A stretch of DNA of 64,000 bases from Bilabrum cf. latius. Lineage: Eukaryota. Where the stretch lies: the NCBI GenBank assembly GCA_965178125.1, contig OZ237757.1, forward strand, positions 744,001 to 808,000, written 5' to 3'. Made by a program: the position numbers and the translations under genes. The notes beneath the pieces were generated by a model that saw only the letters and a list, made by a program, of their open reading frames with translations, was not told the DNA's origin and did no database searches. The stretch's first letter is position 1. Each line of letters starts with the position of its first letter. Below are positions 37,186 through 50,374 of this stretch, one piece after another.

Positions 37186-38204
37186 TCACCCCATGGCCTC
37201 TTCAAGAGTGGCGTCAGATACGTAGTGCCCCCCCGCCGCGCACCTCCAGCCGCCACCCACCTGCCTCCAGGCATACCCCGAGGGGCACCTGCCCACCTTC
37301 TTGAGCGCCTCCTGGATCTTGGCCATCGGCGGCTCCGGGGGCACCAGCTGCACCACCGCGTCCCTCAGGATCTCCTCGGCCTTGCCCTGGTCGTCAGAAA
37401 AAGAGAAAGAGGCCACGATCTCTGCCTTGTTCTGGACGTCCTTGATCCCCAGCTTCTTGAGGACGGGCAGAATCGCGATCTTGTCGTCAGACATGGACAT
37501 GCAGCCCAGCAGGTCGATCACTTCCTCGCAGGAAAGAGGGTATACGAGCTTGGGTCCCGCGAATGCACCCAGAACGGCGATCCTGTCGTCGCTGAATGAC
37601 AGCTTCTCGACGACCTGCTTGAGCTGCTCGGCGTTGAGCGGCGGGGACGGATGCTCCTTGGCCTCCGCCTCGGCGACGGCGACCTTGTCATCGGACATGC
37701 TGGCCCCGTCCAGGGCCTCGAGGAAGCGCCCCATGTCCTCCTCGGAGCGGGTGCCATCGTCCTCGATGGGGTAGACGGCCTGCTCGCCGCTCTTGGCGGG
37801 GCTCCAAGCGCCGACCTTCTCTCCAGCCGCCTCTTTGTCGTCGCTGAATGAAAAGAGATCTACGATTGGCGCGCTTTCGCTCGGGTTGCTGCACCTCTCG
37901 GCCCAGATGTCGAGCGCTTCGAGCTTGTCGGATGACATGGACACCTTGTCTACCATAGCAGCAATCTGCGTGCAGCTCGAGAGCGAGTTGTGGCGTAACA
38001 GATTGCACTGCCCATCACGTTTCATGGTACACGCGGATACTCATGGCTCACCTGCTCCGTTGTACACACATAGTTCTGCGCCAACGTACGCATCATAGCA
38101 TCCTTGCCAAAGGCGCTTCCATCCACAAGTTCAGCGGCCCGCTCTAAGTAGTCTTCGGGCATTGTGATCCCAACAGCAACACTGCTGCCTGCTGCTGCTG
38201 CCAT
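37186..38204 (-). CDS. DUF4476-like repeat protein with C-terminal Cys/His motif
   Basis: Exons 38204-38052 and 37965-37186 (intron GTGAGC..GCAG). Repeated FSFSDDK/SMSDDK motifs typical of DUF4476; C-terminal GRCPSGYAW..WRCAAGGH; TGA end. Confidence 0.65.
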
Positions 38205-38492
38205 AGTTGCGTAGTATGTGTTCGAGTCTATCAAAAAGATCCATCCAAGTTGGGGTGCGCGGCGCCGAATCCTGCATAAATCATCCACGTGCAACGATTA
38301 ATTGGCAAGCACGACCGTAGTTGCAAGCCGGACTGATTAAGCTCTAAACTATTCTACTGGTGCTCGTGGTGAAGCTGATATCTGTAGCCTGCCAGCGAGG
38401 ATTGCGGAACCAGTGCTATCCAAAGGATCAAGGTCGGGCAGCTAGATTCCCTTTCTTACCAGACCTTCCTTGCCTAACTTGGCCCAGGTTTC

Positions 38493-41113
38493 ATGCATCG
38501 AATAGCTTATGCAGGATTGGACTTGAATTTTGTGGCTACCAATGCTGTCCGCTCTGACGAGTCCGATTCAGCTGTCGCTCTGTCGTTCTCAAGTCGTCTG
38601 CTTCGCGTGCTGGCCCACTCGGGCGCGAAAATAGAAGAAGGGGTTTGCAGTATTGTAGTAGCTGATAACCTTACGCACCCGCATGCAATTCGAATTGGAC
38701 CGCCGGCACTTTTGAAATCGAGTGCAGATGTCTTGGTGCAGGGGTCATCGTTCGGTCAAGCGAACGGCCAGTACTCAAGACATTCTGATTTCGGCGGATT
38801 CCCATCGTACGAACATTCAAAACTTGGGCCCGCTATGGGCTTTTGGAAGAACCACGGCAATTGGCGGATGGGACGAACGAACTGCTACGCCTTCGTTTCA
38901 GAGGACGGGCAAGCATGGGAGCCCGCCGCGGCGGTTCACAGGGATGCATTGTGCGACGATCGAGCCGCTGGACACAACCCACCATCCAGTTTATCATACC
39001 TAGTTCGAATTCCCGGCTGGCTAAAGGGAAGCTTGGACTCGGCAGCGACGAGCGGCACAGCAGCCGGCAGCCCAGCAACTTCTAGCCGTGCTGCCCCTTG
39101 CGCCGCTTCTATCGCGAGTGCCGATAGCACTACTCGAGAGCATGGCAGTGCCAGTTTTCATGGCTCCAGCAGCAGTGCTAGCCCTAGTAGCACTGTGGAA
39201 TGGATGCTCCAATTGCCTGGAGGCAGGGCAGGGACAGGCGTCCCCTGGGCCGCCTCGCCCTCCCCCAAATCGGCGGAACCCGCAGAATGCACCGATGAAG
39301 TAGCCGGCGCCCCCACTCCACAGCTTATCCGCCTCGTGGCTCGCGCGAGCCCGTGCGCGCACCCTGCCGCGGACCTGCAGGTGGTGCTCGACCTCGACCT
39401 CGACCAAGGGCCCGCGGGCAGTTCCGCAGGAGGGGGCGCCGCGCACGGCGCGGAGCAGATGGCCTCCACTGAGGCAGTGGCCGCCCTGCTAGCCAAGCGC
39501 GGGCGGGGGCTGCTGTTCGGTCGCACCCGGGTACCGTTCGCGCTATCGTCGTGGGTTACTGCTCCTTTGCTGGTTCCTCCGGGTCTGACTGGGAGGAGTC
39601 GGATCGGCTTGATGATGCCCTGGCGCTGTGCCTGCTGCGGAGGGGGGTGAGGCCCGGTGCGATGGAGCTGCTCATGGACGCGGATGGAACCGCGGAGAAG
39701 GTTCGTTCGGCGATCGACCGGCAGTGCGCGAGATCGAGACCGGGAGAGACCCTCTTTTTCTATTTCGGGAGCCACGGCAGCCGCCAAGCGAGCAGGTCGG
39801 GAGGATCCAGGTCCAGCGGTGCGACGACAGGAAAAGTACCGTATGACGCAAGCACGGACGGGCTGGACGGATTCAGGGTGTCTGCGTACGACGGTAGTCT
39901 GCGTTTCTCTGGGCTCGTGCAGCAGATCAGAGAAGGCTTCAAGGGCTCCCGCTGCGTGGTGGCAATCGACACCTGCTACAGCGGATCTGCCTTCCAGTTC
40001 CTAGAGCGACTGCACGCATCGGAGCGATCCCACAGCGGGGGTGCTGACGGGTGTGGCGCGGTCGCCTCCTGTACGGGCCACCAGGGCGGGGGCACGAAAG
40101 AGCCCATTTCCAGCGGTATCTCCTGGGCCTGTCTCTCCTCCACCTCGCCCTACCAGACCGCGTGGAGCCGATGGAGGTTCTGCCAGTGCCTGCTGAGGGG
40201 GCTGCAGGGGCACCCCGACGTGTTCCGCTTCGCAAATGCGTGGCGCCGGGCTGGTGAGGGCCTGGCTATCACGATGGACGCCGGGGCCGATCCGGGCGCT
40301 GCCAGCAGCTGCAGCACTATCAGCAGCACTGCAGGAGGGCCGTCGATCGCGAGCGAAATTTCGCTGCGAGAGGCGTTTGAGTATACCCGTTGGCGCATGT
40401 CGTTTCTGGCCGAGGGCTTCCCCGAGATTGCAGACTACGGATTCGGGCTGGGGTCTGCTGCGACGGCTTGGGATGCCGGGCAAGAGTTTGTGTCTGGTTC
40501 CGCGGGGTTCGGCTGGCCGGGGAACCGAGTGTGGGGCGCGGGGCGAGAGGGCGACAGGGTGGAGGTGCTTGGGGATGATGACGAGTGGATGAGGGGAGAG
40601 GTGCTCGGGGAGGCAGGCGGTGCGGGTGCTTTGACGCTTGCGGTTGGAGACACCAGGGGCGCTAGACCTGTGCCTGGGGCTGGTGCCGGGGCTGGGGCCG
40701 GCAAGGGCGTGGGCGTGGGCGTGGGAACTGTGTACAGGGTCAGGATCGGGGACAAGGGGGAGAAAGAGTTCCTCGGGCGATTCGATGACAGCTCCAGGGA
40801 ACAATCCAGGGTACAAGAGGGCGGTCCCAGGGTGCATCGGCTGCGGCCGTGCACCGCGTTGGGTGATGCTGCAGGCGAGGATCGGGGCATCCGGGCGGGG
40901 CATGCCGTCGAACTCTGTTGGTGGGGGTGGGGCAGCCTGTGGGTACCAGCGGTGGTGAAGGAGGTGTACGGGCGCCTGTGTCTTGTGGAGTTCGATCGAG
41001 ACTTGGTCCTTGCTAGGGGAGGGCCCGCCACCTTTGGGTCCCTGTGGGTGGGTCCCGCGTGCCTGAGGGCTGGTGGTGCTGGTGCTGCTGTGAAAAAGGG
41101 GCGTGGCGATTGA
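38493..41113 (+). CDS. Metacaspase-like (peptidase C14) protein with C-terminal Agenet/Tudor-like domains; one apparent frameshift
   Basis: Catalytic-dyad motifs LFFYFGSHG and VVAIDTCYSG; GDRVEV..EWMRGEV and GHAVEL..WVPAVVKEV..LVEFD. The frame changes near the G5 run at 39505-39509. TGA end; start uncertain. Confidence 0.65.
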
Positions 41114-41256
41114 GATCGTTCCATGCAAGAAATTGCCAGTCGATTGATTGCAGTTTATAGCTAATGCAAGAAGTAGCAGTAATGCCTACTAGTCCTGCCT
41201 GACGCCGCACCAACAACTCGTTCGCCGGAGAAGGAGCAGTAGGCAGGAACAGCACA

Positions 41257-41479
41257 GGCCAAACTCAGTGCTTCTTGGGCCTGCAGATGAAGTGTAGCAC
41301 CACCGAGACGAGGATGACGGCGAGCCCGATTAAGCCGACCGGAATGGCCACGGCATCCGGGCGGGGGCATGCAGCTGATCTCTGCTGGTCGGGCCTGGGG
41401 TGGAGCAGCCTGCCAGTCTTGGTGCCAGCGGTGGCGACTCGGCAGGAGGTGTATGGGCGTCTGTGTATGGTGGAGTTCG
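41257..41479. pseudogene. Degenerate Vti1 3' end (minus, 41257-41349) fused to a degenerate metacaspase-gene 3' fragment (plus, 41353-41479)
   Basis: Matches 49559-49651 (VVLHFICRPKKH vs VVLYFIFRPKKH) and about 40887-40993. Confidence 0.8.
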
Positions 41480-41808
41480 GCCAAAACCCGGATGCATTGC
41501 TTGGGGTACAGCGCTCACAGACTGCCATAACTGCACGCTACTAGTAGACAACAAATCTGATTTAGGAACCCCTGTGGAGGTGGCCGTCCACGCGAAAATC
41601 GGTATCGCGTAGTTGGTTCTGTTCCAGCTTTGATAAGTTGCCCGCTGTGTGCACCCAAATATCCAAAACTGTATTTTCTTCAGGGTGAACACAAGATTTG
41701 CAACTAGAGTGATTCCTGACTTGGCTAGACGGGGCAGATTTCGGCAGTGATTCCAGACTTGGTTATACAAATAGAAGTCCTAATATTTGGCGGGGATCGT
41801 CGACAACT

Positions 41809-44800
41809 ATGAACCTAAAACAAGCTGGCGTTGAGTTTGGCGCTCTCTATGGGATAAAGAAGCTACGCACTGGTTCGGGATCTGGTAAGCCTCTGGGCTG
41901 CAATTCGGCCACCTTCCAATTGCCAGCAGTGCACACAATCCGATCAGGTGCTCTAGTTTCCATCACGAATGACACCCCACTTTAAAATGGATATGCACAC
42001 TTCTCGCAGAACTTCCGCTGGTTTGCAGGGGAACTGATGCGGCACTGTTGCAGGCCTACCCTGCCCCGGCTGTTCCGACAACATCCACATCGGTGCGGTC
42101 CGACAAATTCTGGGGCCAAGCAGAAACCGTAGGTAACACCGGCTTCCCATTCCCATCTGGAGCACATATATCTCAAGAGCCAGCTGTATTACCTGGCGAC
42201 GTCGCGTATCACGCGTTCACGCATTCTTCGGGTGATGGGGCCCCTTTGTTTGGGCTGTGCGTAACGGAGTGGAGACGCATCGAGAAGCGAGCACGAAGGC
42301 AAATTTTGCGCATGCAGGCTGGGTTTCTTCCTATAGCGGTGGAGAGTGGGGCCAAACAGCTGGGGAACGGATAGGCAGTTCAGAAAGTGGCGCAAGAAAT
42401 CCAGCAAGACGATGCAAATGTAAAGTTCCTAATGAACACTCCCGCGTTTGAGCCCGTAACGGCTTGTATTGCAATACGGATTCCGTTACTTGAGTTTGCC
42501 CGTGCTGTCATGGCAGCTGCGGTGGTGAGGAGATAGCAGGTGGTAAAAGCAGCAAAAGCTCTCGGCCAGCGCGTCCCAGTTGTCTGCCCGGCCCTCGCTG
42601 GAGCCATCTTTGCGGACGTAACAGTGGCCATGCGTGCCATTCTCACCCCACCGAAGCTCCCATCAGGCTTTGGGAAGCACGACCAGGAGCGCGCAGAACA
42701 GATGATGATGCCAGTGGAGTCCTGCGTGTACACGACCGTGGACAACTCAGGAGGTGACGGTGGGCGCACCGTTTATTTGAGCCGATGGGCAGCCCTTGGG
42801 GCACTTCTTGACCACGGTGCCGCCACTGTGAAAGAGACTCTCATGCGCGCCTCACCTGGTGACGATGCCACTGTAGATGCCGCAAATGCCGCGGCCTACA
42901 CAGCAAACAACCCTGCACCAGGTTTCGAACCCGGGCCCACATCCCCGTACTCTGGGTACGATCTTGATCTCGCGAGGTTGCACGACGTTTCGCTGATGCG
43001 TGGGGCGCGTGCATGGGGCGATGACGGCACACGCGGTGGCATGCCGGCATCAATGGCAACTTTACCGAAGGCAGCATCAGCAGCATCATTAGCATCGGAG
43101 GCAGCGGGAGCAGCATCAGGATAGCCCCGCCACGTAGCGGCAGGCAGTACTGTGGGCATCGCATTGTCTGGCTCACCCCGCAGCAAGGTACGGGAAAGTC
43201 GAGTCTGCTTGCAATACCCAACCGACGAAGATGCACGCACTGGCTCTGTCATAGCGCGTTCTGCTGCACTCCCCCTCGTCGACGTCAACTGGGAGCCGCT
43301 TCTGTCTCGTCTCTCCCCTCGGAACATCCTGCGGCTCCTTCATGCAATCTTGAATGAGAGTACAGTGCTTATGGTGGGTCGGGATCTGACGGTCTTCATC
43401 GATATCGCGCTAGCGGCCATGAGTCTATGCCAGCCTCTCGAGTGGACAGGCCCGTTTGTCCCGACCCTTCCTCCCATTCCAGGCTTCATGAATCTAATCG
43501 CCAGCCCTAGTGGTCGGATCCTGCTTGGTATGCATCCCGTCATGCTGGCTCGGGCCACGTCGGACGATGGCAAAGTCTTCGCGCCGCCTGGGCCGCCCCC
43601 ACCTCTAGGTGACCCAAGAAACATGCTGCCCTCTGCTCGACGCCGCTGGGAGAGGTGGACTGGCACCCTAGACCAGACGCTGAAGCTGGCAGGGTCTTGC
43701 TGCGAGGGGTACAGTTGTACTCCTGCTGGCGTAGAGGCGGCCGCTTTCCGTGCACTCCGCAGCTTGTGGCCCCTGTCTGCTGACGAGGTGCCCAGCACCA
43801 GCGGCATCCCACTCAGCGACGTGGTGCTATCCCGAGACAGGCGAAGGAGGCGCAAGGCGCTCCGTCGGGCGGCCACGTGGACGGGTCTGAAGGCCTTCGT
43901 GGCGCAAGGGCTGGCAGATGTTTCTGCTCTCGAGTCAGACCGGGACGATACTATTGAGCTGCCGACTGCCGATATGGCGGATGATTCGGAAGAGGCCAAC
44001 GATTCAGATGCGGAAGGGGTCGACGGCGAGAGTGAAGCAGGGGCGGCTGCGCTGCCCAGCAGAGGAGCATTGCAGTAGCTGGCGGAGGAGCGGGGCATGT
44101 GCCATGGGCAGACCGTCGTTGACCTGGACCACGATTGGGTGTCCAATCCCAACACCGAGGACGCCATGCTGCCAGCTCGCTTGACGATGCGGCTCTACCG
44201 AGCACTGGCTCTGCATGGCGGTGCCACTGTTCGCAGCTTCGACACTTTCAAGCACGTCGTGTCTCAGCCGGACCTTCCTGCCAGCACTACAGATGCTGAG
44301 AGGAATGGGCTTGTGCGAGACACCTATGTTGAAGTGCAGTCGATCTGCCATGACAGGGCCCGCAGGAGTCTAGCCCTCATGGAGCGTGACGTGGCCCTCG
44401 GCACGTCCGGCAAAGGCAATGCAGGCGCGCCTGTAATTGGCGTGCACGTGTGCATGGAGGATATGGCTGCCTTGCGAGGAGCGGTAGGTAGGGCTGGGGC
44501 AGCATAGAGCATCGCTGAAGGCGACTGCACAGCCGCGCCCACGAAAGCGGTGGCAAGTAGCTCACCTACTCCACCTTGCGAAGCGCATGAACCAGCTCCA
44601 CGTGGATTTCTTGCGGGAAGTTCGCCATGCGCTCGCGTCTAGGTGGATGAATCGCTGGACGGGTAGCCGCTCCAGCTGCTTTCGAAGTCGGCATAGGAAG
44701 TACACAGGCAGGTGTACAGCCGGGTGGCAGGTAGTGCTGGCGGCGTTGGCAGCCCGGTAGGCGGGGACAAGGAAGGCACGCCTTTCGTTCGACGTGGCGG

Positions 44801-47800
44801 GCTCAAGGCGACCGGCTACGGCTCTGGCATACTGTACAAGAAGACCACTCCCAGTGAGAGGATGCAGCTGGCAGGAGTAGGGGCAGTGACTGCTTCGATC
44901 ATGCAGGGTGAGGTCGACGACGATGCCATTAGGAACGTCGCCCCGTAGCAATACGGTATGCAGAGATCACTGGGCCCCGCGGACCCGCAAGCATCCGACA
45001 GGGCCCTTGCTGTAGGGCTTGCCTTCGCAGATGAGGAAGAAGCAACTGAGTGGGCTGCAGTACGTGCAGCGGCCAAGGTATACGACGCTATGCCACGCAT
45101 CAAGGCCTCAATCGTGGGAGACAATGACCGTGCTCGCATTTTTCCAGTGCACAGTAACAGTGCCCACCTGGTTGGCGTGGATGCCCCGTGGAAGGGCTGG
45201 AGGGACAGGCTGCTCCGGCTTCGGTTTGAGCAGTCCCTCGAGGAACTCCAATGCTCCAATGGCACAGCTGCTATGCCCACTGCTGTGCCTGCTGCTGGGC
45301 CAACTCCTGTGCCTGATGCTGGGACCGAAGCTGGAACTAATGCTGAGTCCGCTGCATCGCCCGCTGCTGTGTCTGCTGCTGGGACCGACGCTGGGACCAA
45401 TGCTGAGTCTGATGCTGTGCCTGCTGCTGAGTCCGCGATTGTGCCTGCTGCTGGGACCGAAGCTGGGACCAATGCTGATTCCGATGCTTCACCTGCTGCT
45501 GTGTCCGCGATTGTGCCTGCTGCTGGGACCGAAGCTGGGACCAATGCTGATTCCGATGCTTCACCCGCTGCTGAGTCCGCGATTGTGCCTGCTGCTGGAA
45601 CCGACGCTGGGACCAATGCTGAGTCCGATGCTTCACCCGATGCTGCGTCCGCTGCTGGGACCACTCCTATGCCCGATGCTGCGTCCGATGCTGCGTCCGA
45701 TGCTGTGTCTGCTGCTGGGACCGACGCTGGGACCAATGCTGAGTCCGATGCTGTGCCTGCTGCTGAGTCCGCGATTGTGCCTGCTGCTGGGACCGAAGCT
45801 GGGACCAATGCTGATTCCGATGCTTCACCCGCTGCTGAGTCCGCGATTGTGCCTGCTGCTGGGACCGACGCTGGGACCAATGCTGATTCCGATGCTTCAC
45901 CCGCTGCTGAGTCCGCGATTGTGCCTGCTGCTGGAACCGACGCTGGGACCAATGCTGAGTCCGATGCTTCACCCGATGCTGCGTCCGCTGCTGGGACCAC
46001 TCCTATGCCTGATGCTGCGTCCGATGCTGCGTCCGATGCTGTGTCTGCTGCTGGGACCGACGCTGGGACCAATGCTGAGTCTGATGCTGTGCCTGCTGCT
46101 GAGTCCGCGATTGTGCCTGCTGCTGAGTCCGCGATTGTGCCTGCTGCTGGGACCGACGCTGGGACCAATGCTGATTCCGATGCTTCACCCGCTGCTGAGT
46201 CCGCGATTGTGCCTGCTGCTGGGACCGAAGCTGGGACCAATGCTGAGTCCGATGCTTCACCCGCTGCTGTGGCTGCTGCTGGGACCAATCTTGTGCCTGA
46301 TGCTGAGTCCGATGCTTCACCCACTGCTGTGTCTGCTGCTGGGACCGACGCTGGGACCAATGCTAAGTCCGATGCTGTGCCTGCTGCTGAGTCCGCGATT
46401 GTGTCTGCTGCTGGTACTGCTGCTGGGACCGATTTTGCTACCGTTGTGCAGGATGCCCACGCTGCCTCTGCAGAGTCATCCGAAGCGAGTTTGGCATCGT
46501 CAAATGCTGCAGGACAGATACGTGCTACCTAGCACGAGACCCGCACCATGCACCTGGCGAGGCAAGTGCTCGTGTATCCTGACGAGGTTCGGGGCACTCC
46601 GAGCGACCATGAGGACGAGGAGACGTATGGAAATGACGATGCCAGAGGCTTGCGCTGGGATGATGACGTGTGCGGTGGGGACAACGGAACGATCGCCCGT
46701 AGGTGTGTGCGGCGATTGCTTGCTGCTGTGCGACCATCGTGGTGGAGGTTTCGTTCGTGTGATCGAAATCCAGATGAAAAAGGTCGCGACAAGCCAGGTC
46801 CAAACGTAACGCGAGTGTCAAGTGGCCACTACCGAGGCTGGAAGTCTACCGCCTCTCTCAGTGAGGACTAGGAGGACGATTCGAGTCAAGTTTGGAATGC
46901 TACCTTCGTTAGAGAAGCAGTTCCTTCAACCGGAAGATAGGTGGACGGCTCTGGCGGGTTGACGGCATAGCCAGAGCACAGTAGCGTTGGATCCTACCAT
47001 AATAGTCTTGTAGGTGGCAGCGGTACTGATCCAGGGCTCTAGCTCCCTAAAGATTGTAGTGCCACCTGTCATGCTATTGCTGCTCTGCCGAAGGAGGGGA
47101 GGCTGCTGCTGATGGATGCAGACGAGTCGCCTAGTTCACCGCGAGGGTGGAGGCCCGACATCCAGCTGCTACGCGTCATCGCAGGCTCCACCATGGTGAC
47201 ACTTCTGAGGTCATTCCGCCTATACATTAGGGAGGAGTCTCCGGCTAGATACGACTCTGAAGCGTCGGATGGCAGGCCGATACCAACAGCTGGCATACTT
47301 AGGCTGGACAACCTAGAGGCCAACTTTAGGGCTGCGTTCAACCGTAAGCTGTTTGTGGCAGAGCAGCCACCTGATATGGAGGCTATTCTTAAGCATTTCT
47401 CTACCTATAGCGGACACTTTCAGAGCCTATTGTTTGACAGGGTTGCCCCCAAGCGACTCACCTCGGACAGCGATATCTAGAGACTGAATCAGACTGGTGA
47501 GGTGCCCCGCTCCATTGACTGGTTCGATATGTGGTGTTTCGAGCGAATGCAGACATCCGTGAAGAAGTTGGCAGCATTCCGGGAAGCAGATTTTGAAGGG
47601 GCGCTATACATCGCGAACAGAGGCAGCACCACCAGATCGTTTAACAAGTACTATGTTCGGCTCATTGGGAACATGCTGGTGTGGTATCGAGACCCAGACT
47701 GCATTAGTCAGGTGCAGACGCGCCGTAAGAGGCTCCTACAAGAGCTCAAGCAAGCACCTCGTAGTTCGAAGCGGAGGCGAGAGTGGAAACGTCTCTACAA

Positions 47801-49034
47801 GAAGGCAGGGCGGCAGCTACAGCATCTCATGGCTTCCAACATTCAAGCTAAGGTGCAGATTGGGCGCACCTCCGAAGCCGAGACGATGATCAGGAGTAAG
47901 AGGCATGAGTTGGAGACGCTTAGCTAGCGAATAGTGGGCAGCTCTGCACATGACATGGAGGTATATCATCAACTTCAATAGAGGGTCAGGCAGCGCGAAG
48001 AGCAGGAAGATGCGGCACAGCGGTGGGAGGTAAGGCACGCGACCGTAAAGCAGGCAGATCTTCCAACGCCGTTCCCGTTCCAGCTTATTCGCAAGGCCAA
48101 GGGCGGTGAGAAAGGTGTCAGCCTGTAGTCGAATGTGCTGACTCTCTGCGCTGTGCACCAGCAGGATAGACGCGACTTGATCACGTGCTTGCGTGCGAGG
48201 TTGCAGAGTACTGAGTATCTCGAGAAGCTGAGAAACAAGTATTTGTCGCCTTCCGTGGATGAGACCACCCGGATGATGCTGGCAAAGAATCTCAAGTATC
48301 TCCTAGCGAGGAGAGCACACCACTCAGCTGCGACGATTGGCAGTGCTGGTGATAGGATAGGGGAGTCGGTAGCACGTGCTAGAGACAGGGGCGCGCCTTC
48401 TATTGGTGGTCCAGCCTCAGGAGCTGGTAGCGCAGCCTCCGGTGAAGACCCCAAGGCTGCCGCGTGGCTGTCAGGCCGTGTACGGTGGTTCCAAAGAAAG
48501 AGCAGCAGGCCCACTCGGGCGACAAAGCTCGCTGCTCGGTGCAAGCTGAAGCCCACTTACTGTGGGCCAAGGAAGAGGCCGAAGTCCGGCAACCTCGCGC
48601 CTGTGCTGACCGCTGCTGCCGGAGGCAAGGCACCGACATCAGGCATGCTGGATGGGCAAGATGAGGCTGAGCAGAAGCCCGCTTACTGTGGGCCAAGGAA
48701 GAGGCCGAAGTCCGGTAACCTCGCGCCTGTGCTGACCGCTGCTGCCGGAGGCAAGGCACCGACATCAGGCATGCTGGATGGGCAAGATGAGGCTGAGCAG
48801 AAGCCCGCTTACTGTGGGCCAAGGAAGAGGCCGAAGTCCGGTAACCTCGCGCCTGTGCTGACCGCTGCTGCAGGCGTACTGAGTGGGCAAGATGAGACCG
48901 GCCGAGCAGTAGGCAGCTCGAAAGTAGGTGCAAGAATGGCCATCGAATCTGCGAGTATCTCGTCTAAGCCGCGAGGCAAGAGTCGGGATCTAGGTATAGG
49001 GAGCGTGGCCGACGCATGTCAGGAATGGCAGTAA
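41809..49034 (+). CDS. DENN-domain protein (putative Rab GEF) with PH-like domain, ~2,366 aa
   Basis: Ten ORF-track fragments in one frame, joined by 18 TAG, ending in TAA. Phase-1 intron 41885-42009 (GTAAGC..GCAG). uDENN-like FPSG..HAFTHSSGDGAPLFGLCV; cDENN LLSRLSPRNILRLLHAILNE..LCQPLEWTGPFVPTLP; PH-like EGALY..FNKYYVRLIGNMLVWY. Confidence 0.8.
45270..46435. repeat. Complex coding minisatellite (AAGTDAGTNAESDA../PAAESAIVP)
   Basis: Nested near-identical units inside the DENN CDS. Confidence 0.9.
48548..48870. repeat. 123-bp coding tandem repeat, about 2.6 copies
   Basis: Unit encodes KPAYCGPRKRPKSGNLAPVLTAAAGGKAPTSGMLDGQDEAEQ-like sequence. Confidence 0.9.
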
Positions 49035-49166
49035 TCCGGTGGACGGAGACAGGCACGTCAATTCGTCCCAAGTCGCAGTGAAATAGCATTATGCGCTACA
49101 GATCCGTTTGATTTGCTGTAAGTCGGTGCCAGGGAATGATCTATGGAACGAGGGGGAGGCCCTAGT

Positions 49167-49417
49167 GCATCCGGGCAGGCAGGGCATGCAGTTTATCTCT
49201 GCTGGTCGGGGTGGGGCAGCCTGCCAGTCTGGGTCTCAGCGGTGGCAACTCGGAAGGAGGTGTACGGGCGCCTGTGCCTTGTGGAATTCGATCGAGACTT
49301 GGTCCTTGCTAGGGGAGGGCCCGCCACCTTTGGGTCCCTGTGGGTGGGTCCCGCGTGCCTGAGGGCTGGTGGTGCTGGTGCTGCTGTGAAGAAGTGGCGT
49401 GGCGATTGAGATCGTTC
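49167..49417 (+). pseudogene. Duplicated 3' end of the metacaspase-like gene
   Basis: EVYGRLCLVEFDRDLVLARGGPATFGSLWVGPACLRAGGAGAAVKK is nearly identical to about 40887-41121. Confidence 0.85.
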
Positions 49418-49566
49418 ACTCCATCATGCTTATTTGATTGATTGGTTGTAGTTTATGCAAGAAATAACATTCACTGGCATACAATTCCATCCCTCTTAGG
49501 CCAGCCCCGCCGTACACCCCCTCACCCCTGCCCCATTCACAGGAGCAGGAGCAGCTTGGGCCAAAA

Positions 49567-50374
49567 TCAGTGCTTCTTGGGCCTAAAGATGAAATACAGG
49601 ACCACAGCAATGAGGATGACGGCGAGCACGATGAAGCCCACCATGATGGCCCTGTACCTGCACTCGCGGGAATTCATCCCGCGCAGGATGCGGTTGGCGA
49701 GCAGCGCCTGCGTGTTCACCTCACCGACCTTATCCCTGCTCGCTTCGAGCGTTTCACGGTTGCGAGCGAGCTCCTCCGAGGTTGCCATCGCTACCTGCTC
49801 GGTTTCTGCGAGGACGCCGCGGGACTGCTCCAGCATCATCGTGCTGTTTCCCATCCGGCGAGTGGCGTCCTGCATTCGACCGCGAGCCTCCATGCTCTGG
49901 TCTGAATAATCAGTCGGTGCAGCTGCGCCATCGAACAATTCCTTCCTGTTGGATGCACCTTGCGCGCGACGGAAATCTTGCTGGATAGACTGCAACGATT
50001 CGTCAAGGGTCCGGATTTTGTTTCCGAGAGCTCGCCTAGTCGGCTTTGAGACACTTCTTGCCTGCATTTATAGATAGGTTACACTTTTTGCAACATGATT
50101 TGGGAAACGAGCAGCCGTATTGTGCGGCAACGGCGGTGTGGTTGGGCGCCAAGTGCAACCCTTCGTCATCGACAGGGTAACTCACCTCAGCGCGCATATC
50201 ATCCAACAGCTGCTTTGCTTTTAACAATTCTTTCTCGATCTATGAAATTTCGTCCGGAGAGGCGCCCTGGTAGCTCGTTCCACTACCAAGAGCCGCTACT
50301 CTGGACTGCAGCGGCTGCACGCATCGCTGAAAATCTGCCTCTAGTTCTGAGTACGCCGACGTTTCCGTAGCCAT
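49567..50374 (-). CDS. VTI1: Vti1-family Qb-SNARE
   Basis: Exons 50374-50186 and 50061-49567 (intron GTGAGT..GCAG). The Habc region contains an in-frame TAG at 50240 (EIS*IEKEL..LLDDMRAEAR). SNARE motif LEQSRGVLAETEQVA..ELARNRETL and C-terminal TM; TGA end. Confidence 0.85.

Noticed and set aside
44816-46809. Long alternative-frame and antisense ORFs (44816..46360, 45019..46809 and many others)
   Set aside because: Shadow ORFs caused by high GC and coding repeats; no domain signatures.
41480-49166. DENN block as an autonomous transposon or endogenous virus
   Set aside because: No transposase, integrase, capsid or polymerase motifs and no terminal inverted repeats were seen.
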